Shown here: positions 1-14,457 of the stretch, piece after piece
Layout: every line of letters starts with the position of its first letter
Position numbering within the stretch: the stretch's first letter is position 1
Source: the human T2T-CHM13v2.0 reference genome, Homo sapiens
Assembly: GCF_009914755.1 (NCBI RefSeq)
Contig: NC_060926.1
DNA: 64,000 nt
Direction: 5' to 3' (one strand)
Made by a program: the position numbers and the translations under genes
The notes under the pieces: generated by a model
The model's input: only the letters and a program-made list of their open reading frames with translations
What the model was told of the DNA's origin: nothing
Databases searched by the model: none

Positions 1-488
1 AAAGTGTGAGCTGGCTGGCTCCTATCAGAAGCTCTTTTCCAGAAGCTCTGGGAAAGCATCTCCTTGCAAGCTCATTCGGGTTGTGGCGGAATTCCACTCC
101 TGCAGTTGCAGGACTGAGGTGGCGGTCAGCCAGGGATCTCTATCAGCTCCTCGAAGCTGCTCTCTCTCGAGTCCTTTCCACATGGTCCCCTCCTTCTTCA
201 AGTCATCAAAGATGTATCGAACCCTCCCTCACACTTCACATCTGTGACTTCCTCTCCTGCCCCCAGCCAGAGAAAACCCTCTGCTTCTAAAGGGCTCGTG
301 TGATTCGATTAGGCCCCTACCAACTCATCTTTCTTTTCTTGGACTCAGAGTCAACTGATTTCTATCCTTAATGATGTCTTTGAAATCCCTTTGCCATATA
401 ATTTCACATGATCATGGGCTTGATGTCTTATCATGTTCAGGGGTTCGGATGGAAATATTGGGGGCCATATTTAGAATTCTGCCTACAC
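1..488 (-). mobile_element. MaLR LTR, MLT1E/F-like (cut by window edge)
   Basis: Ends gggggccatatttagaattctgcctacac, the reverse complement of the MLT1E/F-type LTR start. Confidence 0.7.
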
Positions 489-652
489 GGGAAGCAAAAG
501 TGCTTTGTCACCTCTAAAGTGCCAGACTTAGGCTCTCATTAGAGCCTAATGAGGGTCTAACCCTTAGGGAGGGTTTCCTTCCCTCTGCCCCAGGAGCGCA
601 AAGGAAAGGGTGACACTGGATTAGGGGTGGCTGCCTGTGGCCCCTGCCCCTT

Positions 653-676
653 CCCCTCCTCCTCCTCCTCCTCCTC
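653..676. repeat. (CCT)n microsatellite
   Basis: cccctcctcctcctcctcctcctc. Confidence 0.85.
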
Positions 677-1475
677 TTGAGCCTACCTCTGGGCTTTTCA
701 TGACTTGGAGAGGGAGCCCTGTCTCAGGACCCCAGGACTTAATCTGTCCGTCACCTTCCCCTTCCAGATCTTCAGCCACTCCACACCCCCTGCAAGTTCC
801 TTCCTGGGCTCTGCCCTTCCTTCATACTCTCTGGGTACCACTCCTTCCCGGGATCTACGACGGCGGTCTACACTCGCCTGCTCCCATCTCTGTCCACTGG
901 AGCCTGGCGCCTACCAGCCCCCACTGCCTGAATCTGTTCTCCCTCCCTTATCCCAGTGGACACCTTCCAGGCCATCTCTGCCAGGCCTTCCTGTGATGGC
1001 AACCATAGAGTCTGTCTTGTACCTGCGGTATTATTCCCAACACCCACCCGGGTGCCAGGAGCATAGCAGACACTCTAGCAAACATTCGTCATTGTTTGTC
1101 TGCATCCACGTATCTATGTGGTCCACGTGCTAATGTGCTCCCCTGCCTGCCCCAAACCTGAGGATACGTCTCCTGCTGCCGCCTCAGCAAGTGACACCCA
1201 TGTCACCCTCTCCCTCAGCCCGAGGGCAGTGACCACAGTGAGAGGAAGCATGAGTGTGGGTCCATCAGGATAAAAGGCCAGCACTGAGTCTGTTTCACGC
1301 CCCCTGCCCCCACCCCACCACACACGTGCACACACCACAGGCTCTGCGTTCTCCTTGGCCTAACGCTGGGGAGGGCAAGAGCCACCACCCACCAGCTTTC
1401 TACCCTTCACTATACCTGGGCCTCAACTCAGCTGGCCTCTCTAGGAGTTACTTGTGCTGGCCTTAATCTTTTTTC

Positions 1476-1763
1476 TTTTTTTTTTTTTTGAATCGGAATC
1501 TTGCTCTGTCGGGAATACAGTGGTGCAATCTCGGCTCACTGCAACCTCCTCCTCCCAGGTTCAAGTGATTCTCCTGCCTCAGCCTCTCAAGCAGCTGAGA
1601 TTACAGGCACCCACCAACACATCCAGCTAATTTTTGTATTTTTAGTAGAGACGGGGTTTCACCTTGTCGGCCAGTCTGATCTCGAACTCCTGACCTCAGG
1701 TGATCTGCCCGCCTCAGTCTCCCAAAGTGCTGGGATTACAGGCGTGACCCACCACGCCTGGCC
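1476..1763 (-). mobile_element. AluS
   Basis: Dimeric Alu with poly-T; TSD aatcttttttc at 1465-1475 and 1764-1774. Confidence 0.95.
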
Positions 1764-2509
1764 AATCTTTTTTCATTCCGTCCCTGCATTTAGGCCTATG
1801 TTCTCTTCCCCCAGAGACCCACCCACTTCCTCTTGGGGAGTCCAGCCGAGGACAGTGTGGCTTGAAGAACATTCTAATCCCAGCCCGAGAGCTCTGAGAG
1901 AAAAAATGACTACAAACCCTGGAATGTGAAGCCTGCTGCTTCCTGCAAAGCATTTTGAATGAAACACGTAACCAACAGCTGCAGCACAGAGAATGGAAAC
2001 TCTGAGGAACGTCATGGCTCCAGGTTCCAAATAGCAGGGTTGTGAGCAGGACAGGCTCTTCATTTCAGCCCAACCTGGACACCCTCAGCAGCACCCCTCC
2101 CTGCTCTCCTTCCAGGAAGCGGGCCCGTCATGCCAAGGATGTGCCGCTGTTGCTCGCTTATTCCAAACACCCCCGGCCCCCAACACAGCCAGACATCCCC
2201 GTGTATAGGGGTGAGGCCCCCTTCCCACTCACCAGCCCCCAGAGACATTGAGGACACCCAAGCCCAGCCACTCTGCCCTCTCAGGAGCAGGTTAATGCAT
2301 CCCTCAACATGACTCCCATCCTGGAACTCAGCCCCAGGCCAGGCTGGGCAGTGCCAGCCAATTCATGCAATGCAGGAAGATATCATTGCCAAAGCTGCTC
2401 TAGGGCAGACTTGGGGTGAGGGGGCAGGACAGAGAGCCCATGAGGAGCAAGAGGCCCTAGAATTGGAGAATTCCTGAAGATCACTCCTGCATGAAGGGGA
2501 GACATGCGA

Positions 2510-2825
2510 ACATTTTTTCAACTTCTTTAGGGAGATATAACACACTCAGTAAAACACACTCGTCTTAATGGCGTGGCTTGATGAACTTTTACATACAAAC
2601 ACACCTGGATGAAATGTAGAACACTGCAAATACCCCAGAAGATTCCCTGGATCCCCTTCCCAGTCAACATTCGTCCCCCTCAGAGGTGACCGTGATTTGG
2701 AACTTCTCTCACCATCAATTAATTTTGCCTCTTTTTGAACCTCATTGAAATGGAATCACCAACAGCATGTGCTTTCATGACCAGCTTACCTAGTTCATCC
2801 TGTCTATGAGATTCATCCACGATGC
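2510..2825 (-). mobile_element. Old L1M 3' fragment
   Basis: Typical antisense L1M 3' motifs (ccccttcccagtcaa, ttttgcctctttttgaacctc, gagattcatcca). Confidence 0.65.
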
Positions 2826-3053
2826 AGACACACTAATGACCCCATGGCACCTCCCACACTCCAGGTGCTGTACCAAGGATGTCATGGTTACTTGTTTACA
2901 CTAAGGCCTTGACATTGAACCCATTTTCCAGATAAGGAAGTTGGTTGAATCAGCAGTTCATTGCCACACAGTCAGGACTTGGAGAGACTGGAATTCAAAC
3001 CCAAGAGAGAACCAGAACAGATTCTCTCTTCTATTTTCTCTTAACAAACTTAC

Positions 3054-3179
3054 AGAGACCTGCCTCCATTATACCTAGAGATCTACAGCCTGGAATTTCC
3101 TCACAAGGGAGACCTGTTTCAGGGTTTTGTGCTCTTGGGAACCCAACAGGAGCACCCATTTTACTTTAGTCCCCTATTC
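3054..3179 (-). pseudogene. Candidate decayed exon of minus-strand fossil gene
   Basis: Acceptor tgtcccccaag|, donor |gtaagt, 126 nt; reads IGD*SKMGAPVGFPRAQNPETGLPCEEIPGCRSLGIMEAGL. Confidence 0.3.
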
Positions 3180-3384
3180 CTTGGGGGACATGGGCAAGGC
3201 AGAAGAGGAGGGGTGAGCAGCAGGTGAGGAGGGGTGAGCAGCAGGTAAGGAGGGCGTCTCAGGAGGCCCAGACCCAGGCAGAAAAGGTTTCACAGGAAGA
3301 GAATGAAGAGGTTCATTCATTTAGTCAGCCAATATTTATTGAATGCCTGCTGTATGGCAGGCGCTGTCCTAGGCACTTACTTTT

Positions 3385-3969
3385 TGGTTATCTACCTGTA
3401 TGTATCAAACCACTCTAAAATGCAGTGGCTTAAAATGGACAACAAACATTTATTATCTCTTATAACTTTATAAGTTGGCTGAGCAGTTCTTCCACTGATC
3501 TCACCAAGGGACTTTTATGCTGCTGCAGCCAGATGGCAGCTGGAACTGAAGTCATCTGGGAGCTAGACTGGGCTGGCTGAGTCAAGATGGTGGCCTCACA
3601 TGTCAGGTACCCTGGAAAGAACCTGGAGGGCTGGGCTAGGCTGGGACTGGTGCATTGATGGGATTCCTTCTCTCCTGCTGTCCTGTATGGGCTCCTCCTT
3701 CTCCATGTGGCCCTTCCACATCTCCTCTTCATGCGCATTTCTCCAAGAGGGTATCCAGACTTCTTACATCACAGCTAAGGGCTCCCAGAAGTAATAAAGT
3801 GGAAGTCACCAAGCCTTATTAAAGTTTAGGACTGGCAATGGCTTGGCACCACTTTGGACATATTTTGCTGCTTAAGGTGAATTACAAGCCTGGACCAGAT
3901 TCAGCACGGGAAGGAACTCTAGAAGGGAATGAATATCATCCAGGGCCATCTTTGGAGAGTAGCGACCAC
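3385..3969 (-). mobile_element. MaLR solo LTR, MLT1H-like
   Basis: gttatctac...gcagtggcttaaaa start and gggccatctttggagagtagcgaccac end. Confidence 0.7.
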
Positions 3970-4549
3970 CCCCCCAAAAAGAAAATCATTGTCTTTTTTC
4001 ATTTATTCAACAAACATTCACTGTCAGGCACATAGTTCCTTCTTAAATAGAGTACACTTAAAGTAAACACCACTTTTGTTTGACTCACTATCATTCAAGA
4101 TACCAGCCACTGAGAAGCTCTGTAAAGGGTAAATAGCATTCATTGAGAGTTTACTGCATACCAGACCCTGAGCTCAGTGCTTTACAAAGTCTAACTCATT
4201 TACTCCTTACTTGTTTTCCCTCCTTTGAAGTAGGTATTATTGTTTGTCCTGTTTTCTAGATCACTTAGAAAAGAGGTTATGTATTGCTGAATAACAAACC
4301 ACCTCCAAACTTAGTGGTTTAAAACAACAATAATCATTTATTATCATTCATGGTTTCTTTGGATCAGCTGGGAAGTTCTGGCTTGGGGTCTCATGAAGCT
4401 GTAGTCAGACTGTGACTGAGGATAGGATCAGTTTCAAGGCTTCTTCACTCACAGGTCTGGTGCCTGGGCTGGGAGGACACAAACAAGCGGAGGCTGCGAA
4501 AGCCAGGGTCTTTCAGGCATCTCTCTATCTGTGTGGTTTCTCCACATGA

Positions 4550-4881
<332 letters not shown>

Positions 4882-5366
4882 ATAGCTGGAGTTTTTTACA
4901 TGGCCACTCAGCAATCCAAAGGCATATATCCAGAGAGACAGAAGCTGCGTCACTTTTCCTGATCCAGAACTTGGAAGCCATGCAGTGTCACTTCTACCTC
5001 ATTCTATTTGTTAAGGCAGTTAAAAAGGCCTGCCCAGGTACAGCAGGAGGGAGAAACAGTTCCATTTCTTGATAGGAAATGGGTCAACAATCTGAGCCAT
5101 ATTTAAAACCACCATAGTCTATCCTCTGGACATAAATTATTTACATTCCTTTCACATACAAAATATACTCATTCCTTTGCAAAGATCCCCCAAAATCTCA
5201 TCTATTATGGCATCAGATTTAGGCTAGAGAGGTCTAGGATCCCATTATATCAACCATTCAGGTATGGAGGAAGTTCCTCAGATGTAATTCCTCAGGCACA
5301 TTTCCTTAAGTACTATTCCTCTTTATTCAGAGACTTGTGAACTAAAGAGACAAGTTATCTGCTACT

Positions 5367-5673
<307 letters not shown>

Positions 5674-5948
5674 TTATCTGCTGCTTACACACTGAACATC
5701 CAATGATGAGATAGGCATAGTGTAGCCACTATAAACACTCTTATTCAAGAGAGGGGAGAGGAGGCACAGAGCCATGACTGGTCCATAGCAATTCTGAAAT
5801 CCATTCAGGCTCATATTGTGTTGCCAATTTCTTGATTAGGGCTCAGTTCTACTGCCTGGGAATGATTCTTTGTGGCTTTTGGCTCTGTTCTCTAGATTCT
5901 TGGTTCCACCTTCTGAATCATCCTTCTTTCTCTATAAAAAATGGCTGG

Positions 5949-6298
5949 TGATATGGTTTGGCTATGTCCCACCCAAATCTCATCTTGAATTTCCACGTGT
6001 TGTGGGAGGGACCTGGTGGGAGGTAATTGAATCATGGGGGCAAGTCTTTCCCGTGCTGTTCTTGTGATAGTGAATAAGACTCACGAGATCTGATGGTTTT
6101 AAAAAAAGAAGCACAAGCTCATCTTCTCTTTGCCTGCCACCATCCACGTAAAATGTGACTTGCTCCTCGTTGCCTTCTGCCATGATTGTGAGGCTTCCCC
6201 AGCCATGTGGAACTGTAAGTCCAATTAAACTTCTTTCTTTTGTAAATTGCCCAGTCTCAGGTATGTCTTTATCAGCAGTGTGAAAACAGACCAATACA
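5949..6298 (+). mobile_element. THE1 (THE1A-like) solo LTR
   Basis: tgatatggtttggct...cagaccaataca; TG..CA ends; 5-bp TSD gctgg/cctgg. Confidence 0.9.
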
Positions 6299-6650
6299 CC
6301 TGGTGTTTCCAACTGAGTAGTTTTCAGCTTGTTTCCTTCCCATAGAATTTTGGGGGTCCAAAAGCCTTTTTTCATTTCACACTATTCTGACCCTTTTTGC
6401 CCAAGCTGGTGGTGCTTCTGACAAAATAATTCTATTAAAAACTGTGTGGGTTTCCCATGAATCCTATTGGGGCTCACTCTGTTAGTCAAAAGCTATAACC
6501 AAACATTTCATCAAGAAAACATTCTCTACATTCTCAATGTGAGGCTGGTGTAAAACAATTTACTTAAGATACTTAGAAGCCCTGTTGTTTAATGAAGAGG
6601 ATCTGTGAGGCACACTCTTTTTCATTTTATTTTTAATTTGTTTTTATTTT

Positions 6651-6754
6651 AATATGAAGTGCTTCATGAATTTGCATGTCATCCTTGCACAGGGGCCATG
6701 CTAATCTTTTCTGTATTGTTCCAATTTTAGTATACGTGCTGCTGAAGCGAGCAC
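6651..6754 (-). pseudogene. Retroposed U6 snRNA pseudogene (RNU6-type)
   Basis: About 94/104 nt match to U6; A-rich tail 6620-6650; 14-bp TSD tgaggcacactctt at 6606-6619 and 6755-6768. Confidence 0.95.
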
Positions 6755-7130
6755 TGAGGCACACTCTTGAAATACTTAGAGGGCCTTTGTCTATTCAAAA
6801 TATTTTATGAAGCCTTAGATATTTCTGAGATTTTAACAAAGGTTCTTATAGTCCCACTCTGGGTTTTATCTTTGTCCTGAAGCCCTTTCATACTTTGAGA
6901 ATCTTTTGCCATCTGGGAGGCTGAGAATGAAAAGCAGATTTATTTTCAAATCCAGCAAGCCCCTGGCTCTTGTATATGTTTTATAAATTTTGCTTGAAAG
7001 TTAAAGCTTCCTTTTAACTCATCTTTCTCTGTCTTTATCATATACAGCTAAAATAATCCAACTAGCATTTTCTAATCCAACTAGCATTTTCAACAGTCTG
7101 CTTAAAAATTGTTTTAGCCCAAACCATTAG

Positions 7131-7463
<333 letters not shown>

Positions 7464-8477
7464 TTCATTAGGCACATTTTCTATTGCTCACATAGCTTCA
7501 AGTGACAATGTTACTAACTTTCTTCCACCACGTAATAAGGGTTTGTCCCCTTTCCTCCTGCTTCTAATAAAAATTTCTCACTTTCCTTTAAGCCCTCACC
7601 AGCAACTTCCTTGAGAACTATCAGACTTCCATCAACAATATCCTCAAAGTCCTTACAATCTCTACCCATCTCCCAGTCCTAAAGCCACATGACTTAGGTT
7701 CTGTGATGGCAGCATTCCGTTTCTAGGTTATAGAAAAGTCTGCATCAGCTATCTATTGCATGATAAGAAACCATCCCCAAACAGTGGTCTTAAGACAACA
7801 ACAATCATTTATTTTGTTCCTGAAATTTGAGGGTTGACAGAGACTAAGCTAGGCAGTTCTCACTCAGGGTGTCTCATGAGTTTGCAGTCAATTGGTGGCT
7901 GGGGCTGAGGTCAGCTCAAATGCTGGGGTCTAGACTAGGAGGTTCACACTGCTTGGGGCTGGATGGCTGGAACTCCTCAGGAATCTCTCACTTTAAATGC
8001 AGTCCCTCTACAAGGCAGCCTCAGGGTAGCTGAGTTTCTTTCACAGCAGCTGAAGCCTCCCGACATGAGTGTCCCTAAAGGAATCATCAGAAGCTGCAGG
8101 GTCTTTTCTAACCTAGCCTTGGAAATCACACAGTGTCACTTTTGCCACATTCTATTTGTCTAGGCACTCCCACATTTCCACCCAGGTTCAAAGGGAGGGG
8201 ACATAGGCTCCACTTCTTGATGGAAAGAGAGTCAAAGGATTGTGTACACGTTTTAAAACACACAAATGTTTAAGTAATATGTCCAAGGCCAAATAGCTGG
8301 AAAGTGACAGAGTTGAGGTTTGAACCCAGGCATTCTGATTCTAGACTCACATTCTCAACTGCTAGTCTACACTGCCTCCTGTAAGTTGTAGACACAAATG
8401 GTCTACATGATGCAGAAGTTGGGGAGACAGGGGTTCCCTGGCTTGGGAAAGTTACTGTCTTGCTTTTCTGTACTCAC

Positions 8478-9355
<878 letters not shown>

Positions 9356-9732
9356 CTGCAGAAGACAGATCATCCCAAAAGCACATGGTGGACAGGTGTA
9401 AGGCCGCCATAAATGGGGATGTCATCTGTGCAATGCACAAAAGGGCTGGGCCAAGGAAGTGAGCAGAGTATGGCCTGAAACCCAGCCCGTGCTCCACTGG
9501 CCAAACCTTCCACCCTCGTTAGAGGCTGTGTCCGCCTGAAGGAAAGAACAGCTTTTTCTTGCTTGTCCACCCAGAGTCAGGCATCTTTTTCTAACTCAAT
9601 AAAGATACCATATGTATTAACAGCAGCACCAGGGGAAGGTGAGAAGACAAAAATATAGTAACCTACTCCATAGGACAAGTAATAGAAATCAACCCTGACA
9701 AATCACAATAATATGACAAAATTCACAATAAT

Positions 9733-9866
9733 GAATAAAACATTACAACTACAGTCAAATCCCTGCCCCAAGCCCTTCTCTCTCCCACTCACACAGATAT
9801 GAGTGCCATCCTAAAGTCGGTGGCATCATTTCTAAGAGTGATTTTGGTTTTGACCTTTTGTTTGGC
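9733..9866 (+). repeat. Local dispersed duplication, copy 1 (134 bp)
   Basis: 129/134 identical to 11723-11856. Confidence 0.95.
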
Positions 9867-10449
9867 CCTAAATTTCAAGAAAAGGTTGAACAATTGAGCC
9901 TCAGGAAAGGATGTAAGCATCTGGAGTCAATGCATCTCCTCACCAGAACATTCCCATTAAAGCAACCACATTCCCACAGCTCCCTGTCTCTGCCCCAGTT
10001 CAGAATTCCAGAATCTTGAGACAGATAATCTGATTGGCCCAGCTTTGACCCTCTATACCAATCAGCTATGGCTAGGGCCAACAGGAGTCATAGAATATAG
10101 CATCTATACCATAGACAACTGCTCAGCCCCCTTGCCATGCGTGTCAGGTTGGTGCCCAGAGAAAAAGCCCTAATTGTGAGACTTCCAGCCCTCCAAGAAT
10201 TCCTAGAGCAGTGCAGTACGATTGTCTAGGATTTGTGATCTTCCCAAAAAGTCCTGGGAAGTTGATCTGACCCAACAAGTGAGAACAAAATGCTCCTATA
10301 GCTCTTTAGCCATTTCATTTCACCCTACAGACAGCAGGCAGTGACATTTTCCATTTTCCACATTTTTCCAAAGATCTTATTTATTAATGCTTTTAGCATC
10401 AATAAAAAGTCAAATTCTTCATATTCTTCTCCTTATTAAGACTGTGTCA

Positions 10450-10752
10450 TCGGGTATGGTGGCTCATGCCTGTAATCCCAGCACTTTGGGAGGCTGAGGT
10501 GGGTGGATCACTTGAGGTCAGGAGTTCAAGACCACTTGGCCACATGATGAAACTCCGTCTCTACTAAAACTACAAAAATTAGCCGGGCATGGTGGTGCAT
10601 GCCTGTAATCCCAGCTACTCGGGAGGCTGAGGCAAGAGAATTCCTTGAACCCAGGAGGCAGAGGTTGCAGTAAGCCGAGATTGAGCCGAATGCACTCCAG
10701 CCTGGGTGACAGAGTGAGACTCCGTCTCAAAAAAAAAAAAAAAAAAAAGAAA
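10450..10752 (+). mobile_element. AluS
   Basis: Full Alu; TSD aagactgtgtca. Confidence 0.95.
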
Positions 10753-10830
10753 AAGACTGTGTCACAGAAGACTAGAGCATTCAGCTCTGTAAAACTGTTC
10801 AGAGGCCAACCTAGCAACAGAAATGAATTC

Positions 10831-11190
10831 TACTTTGGGAGGCCAAGGCAGGAGGATTACATGAGGCCAGGAGTTCAAGACAGTCTGGGCAACATAGCAA
10901 AACCCTGTCACTACAAAAATAATTTAAAATTTAGCCAGGGCCAGGCACAGTGGCTCACATCTGTAATCCCACTTAGGGAGAACAAGAAGGGAGGATCACT
11001 TGAGTCCAGAAGTTTGAGATCAGCCTGGGCAACATAGCAAGACCCCATCTCTATTCAATAATTTAAAAAAAAAAAAAATTAGCCAAGCGTGGTGGCATAC
11101 AAGACTGTAGTCCCACCAACTTGGGAGGCTAAGGCAGAAGGATTGCTTGAGTGATCCCTGTCTCAAAACAAAAAAAAAAAAAAGAAAGAA
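10831..11190 (+). mobile_element. AluJ with nested left monomer (FLAM-like)
   Basis: Two left arms plus an internally deleted right arm; outer TSD agaaatgaatt. Confidence 0.8.
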
Positions 11191-11277
11191 AGAAATGAAT
11201 TTTGACAAAAGCCACAAAATTAGTTTGTAGTGTCTTGATTGGCAACCTCTTAAAATATTTTTTAAAATTATGATATA

Positions 11278-11618
11278 CAGTCATGAACCACATAATGATG
11301 TTTCAGTCAACAAAGCATTGCATATACAACAGTACTCTCATAAGACTACGATACCACATTTCTACTGTACCTTTTCTATGTTTAGATACACAAATACTTG
11401 CCATCGTATTACACTTGTCTTCATTATTCAGTACAGTAACATGGAGTATGGGTTTGCAGCCTTCAAGCAATAGGCTAGACCATATAGTCTAAGTTATATA
11501 GTCAGCTATTCCATCCTAAGTTTGTGTAAGTACACTCGATAATGTTCACACAATAACAAAACTGCTTAACAACGTATCTCTAAGAACTTATTCCCCATCA
11601 TTAACTCATGCATGACTG
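11278..11618. mobile_element. Tigger3a/MER7A-like TcMar MITE
   Basis: TIRs cagtcatg...catgactg with TA TSD on both sides. Confidence 0.85.
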
Positions 11619-11722
11619 TATTTAAAATGTACACAAAATGGTTTAACAGAAACCCTCATAGCCTCTCCCCAGATTCAACAGATATTAACATTTTGTTTCA
11701 GATTATCTTATCTTTTTTAAAG

Positions 11723-11856
11723 GAATAAAACATTACAGCTACAGTCAAATCCCTGCCCCAAACCCTTCTCTCTCCCACTCACACAGATATGAGTGCCATC
11801 CTAAAGTCAGTGGCATCATTTCTAAGAGAGATTTTGGTTTTGAGCTTTTGTTTGGC
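11723..11856 (+). repeat. Local dispersed duplication, copy 2 (within old L1M fragment ~11620-12540)
   Basis: 129/134 identical to 9733-9866. Confidence 0.95.
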
Positions 11857-12059
11857 TCTCAGGTGCAAAAGTTTGAGTTCATCATTCTCCTCGACGGCAC
11901 GCTGTCATCACCGTTCTGTACAGAGGCCCTCTCTTGTTTTATTTATTTATTCCTTTAATCCTCATTCACCAGCCCAGTCCCCCATCCATAAATGAGGCAA
12001 CCACATTAGTGTGTTTGACATCACATCTTTGTCTGTGTCTCTACAAAACATACGTTGCT

Positions 12060-12355
12060 GACTGGGTGCGGTGGCTCACGCCTGTAATCCCAGCACTTTC
12101 GGAGGCCGAGGCACGTGGATCACCTGAGGTCAGGAGTTTGAGACCAGCCTGGGCAACATGGTGAAACCCCGTCTCTACTAAAAAGACAAAAATTAGCCGG
12201 CCATGGTGGTGGGCTCCTATAATCCCAGCTACTCTAGAAGCTGAGGCAGGACAGTCGCTTGAACCCTAGAGGTGGACGTTGCAGTGAGCCGAGATCGTGC
12301 CATTGCACTCCAGCCTGAGTGACAAGAGCGAAACTTTGTCTCCAAAAAAAAAAAA
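12060..12355 (+). mobile_element. AluS
   Basis: Full Alu with poly-A. Confidence 0.95.
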
Positions 12356-13385
12356 GTGGCCTTTCTCTGTGCATGTATTTTTAGTTTATATGAATGATGT
12401 GCTGCAGATTTCATTCTGTTTCTTGCCTTCTTCAGGCAGCACTGTTTTAAGGTTCATCCACATTGTTGGGTGTACATCTAGTTGGTTCTGCATTCGTCTC
12501 ATTGTGTTATACTTATCCCATTCTTATTCCATTCCCTAGGTGAAGTGGGAGAGAGAGGGGCAAACTGAGGAGATGATGGGCCTGTCCTTGAGACTCCATC
12601 CTAGGAGAGAGATACTAATACCCCCTTTCTAACCACATGTGTACATGTGTGCAGGCACATGTACACACACACACACACGTATCCCTTCAGCTGGGGACCC
12701 GGGAAGGTTGGGGTGGGAGAAAGAAATAGGGAGTTCAGTCAGAGGAGGATCTATCCTGGAGCTCTGGTACTGTTAAATCTAAGTCTTTGCCTCCTCCAGG
12801 AAGCCTGCCTTGACCACCCTGTTCCATGCAGGTCTCTCCCTCTTCTGGGGATGGCAAATGTCATTTAATCATACACTAGTCTAGTCTAGTCTTTCTGTTA
12901 CTATCTCCCTGATCAGACTGAAATCCCATTAAAGGGAAAGATCATCTCTTGTTCTTTTTGTCTCTCTTGCTCAAGGCCTGTCCCAGAGGAAGTGAGAGCA
13001 GGGAGTGGGAAGTTGGATTTCGCTTTATTCAGGTTCTACTTCCTCTGTTTTAGGAACATGCCATCTTTCAGCAAACAATTATGTGCCAGGTTTGTAGAAG
13101 TCTGGAGAGGAAACACATGCACTGTGCCAGCTCTCGGGGGCCCTTCTCATGGGAGTTGTGAACATCCAAACACGAAGCTGGAGGACAAAGTGTAGGGTAC
13201 ACAGATCTGAGCATGTACCTGGGGCGCAAAGGAGGAACCACCAGCTCAGTGCACAGGGAGGCCAGGGAGGGCTTCTAGCAGAGGTCACAACCAAGCTGAA
13301 CCTGAAAGAGAAGAGTTAAGCTTAGAGCTGGGCTTGGAGCAAGGGGAATATGAATTAACATGGGGAGGATGCAAGAAATCTTGTG

Positions 13386-13948
13386 TGCGTTCCAGTCATT
13401 ATGGCTGTGTAACAAATTATCATAATATTGGCATAAAACACCCCTTAATTATGTTTGGTATCCAGTCAGGGTCAGGAATCCGGACAGGGCACAGCAGGAG
13501 GAGCTTGTCTCTGCTCTCTGTTGACTGGGGCCTCCACTGGAAACACTGAAGGCTGGAGTTTGGAATCATCTAAAGGCTCATTCACTCACAAATCTAGTGG
13601 TTGAGCCTGGTTGCAGGTTGGAGGCCTCAGATCTCCTCCACATGGGTCTCTCCATGTGGGCTAGTTTGGGCATTTCCATAGCACAGTGTTTAGATTCCTA
13701 CAGCACACATCCCAAAGAAGAGAGAGCGAGCTAGGTGGAAGTTCTAGCTTTTATATGACTTAGCATCAAAAATCATCCCTTTTGCCATAGTCTGTTGGTC
13801 AGACCGGTCTCAAGCCCCTATCCCAATTTGATGAGAGGAAACAGAGACCCCCTTCCTCTCAGTGGGAGGAGTGTCAGTCACACTGCAAGAGCCTTTGGGT
13901 TGGGAGATATATTGTGGTGCAGTCATCTTTGGAAAACACAATCCCCAC
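13386..13948 (-). mobile_element. MaLR solo LTR, MLT1F-like
   Basis: ggctgtgtaacaaattatc start; gtcatctttggaaaacacaatc end. Confidence 0.75.
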
Positions 13949-14104
13949 TGCCTGTGTTGATGGGGATGGGAGGGGGTAGGGGAACAACAATAGACCAGTG
14001 TCTACTATTGCTGGAGCACCACGTGCAAGGTGAAGGCAGGCGGAAACAAGGCAACTGGGATAGGTCAGGCCAGGTTCTGGAGGGTCTTAAAAAGCACATG
14101 TAGA

Positions 14105-14457
<353 letters not shown>

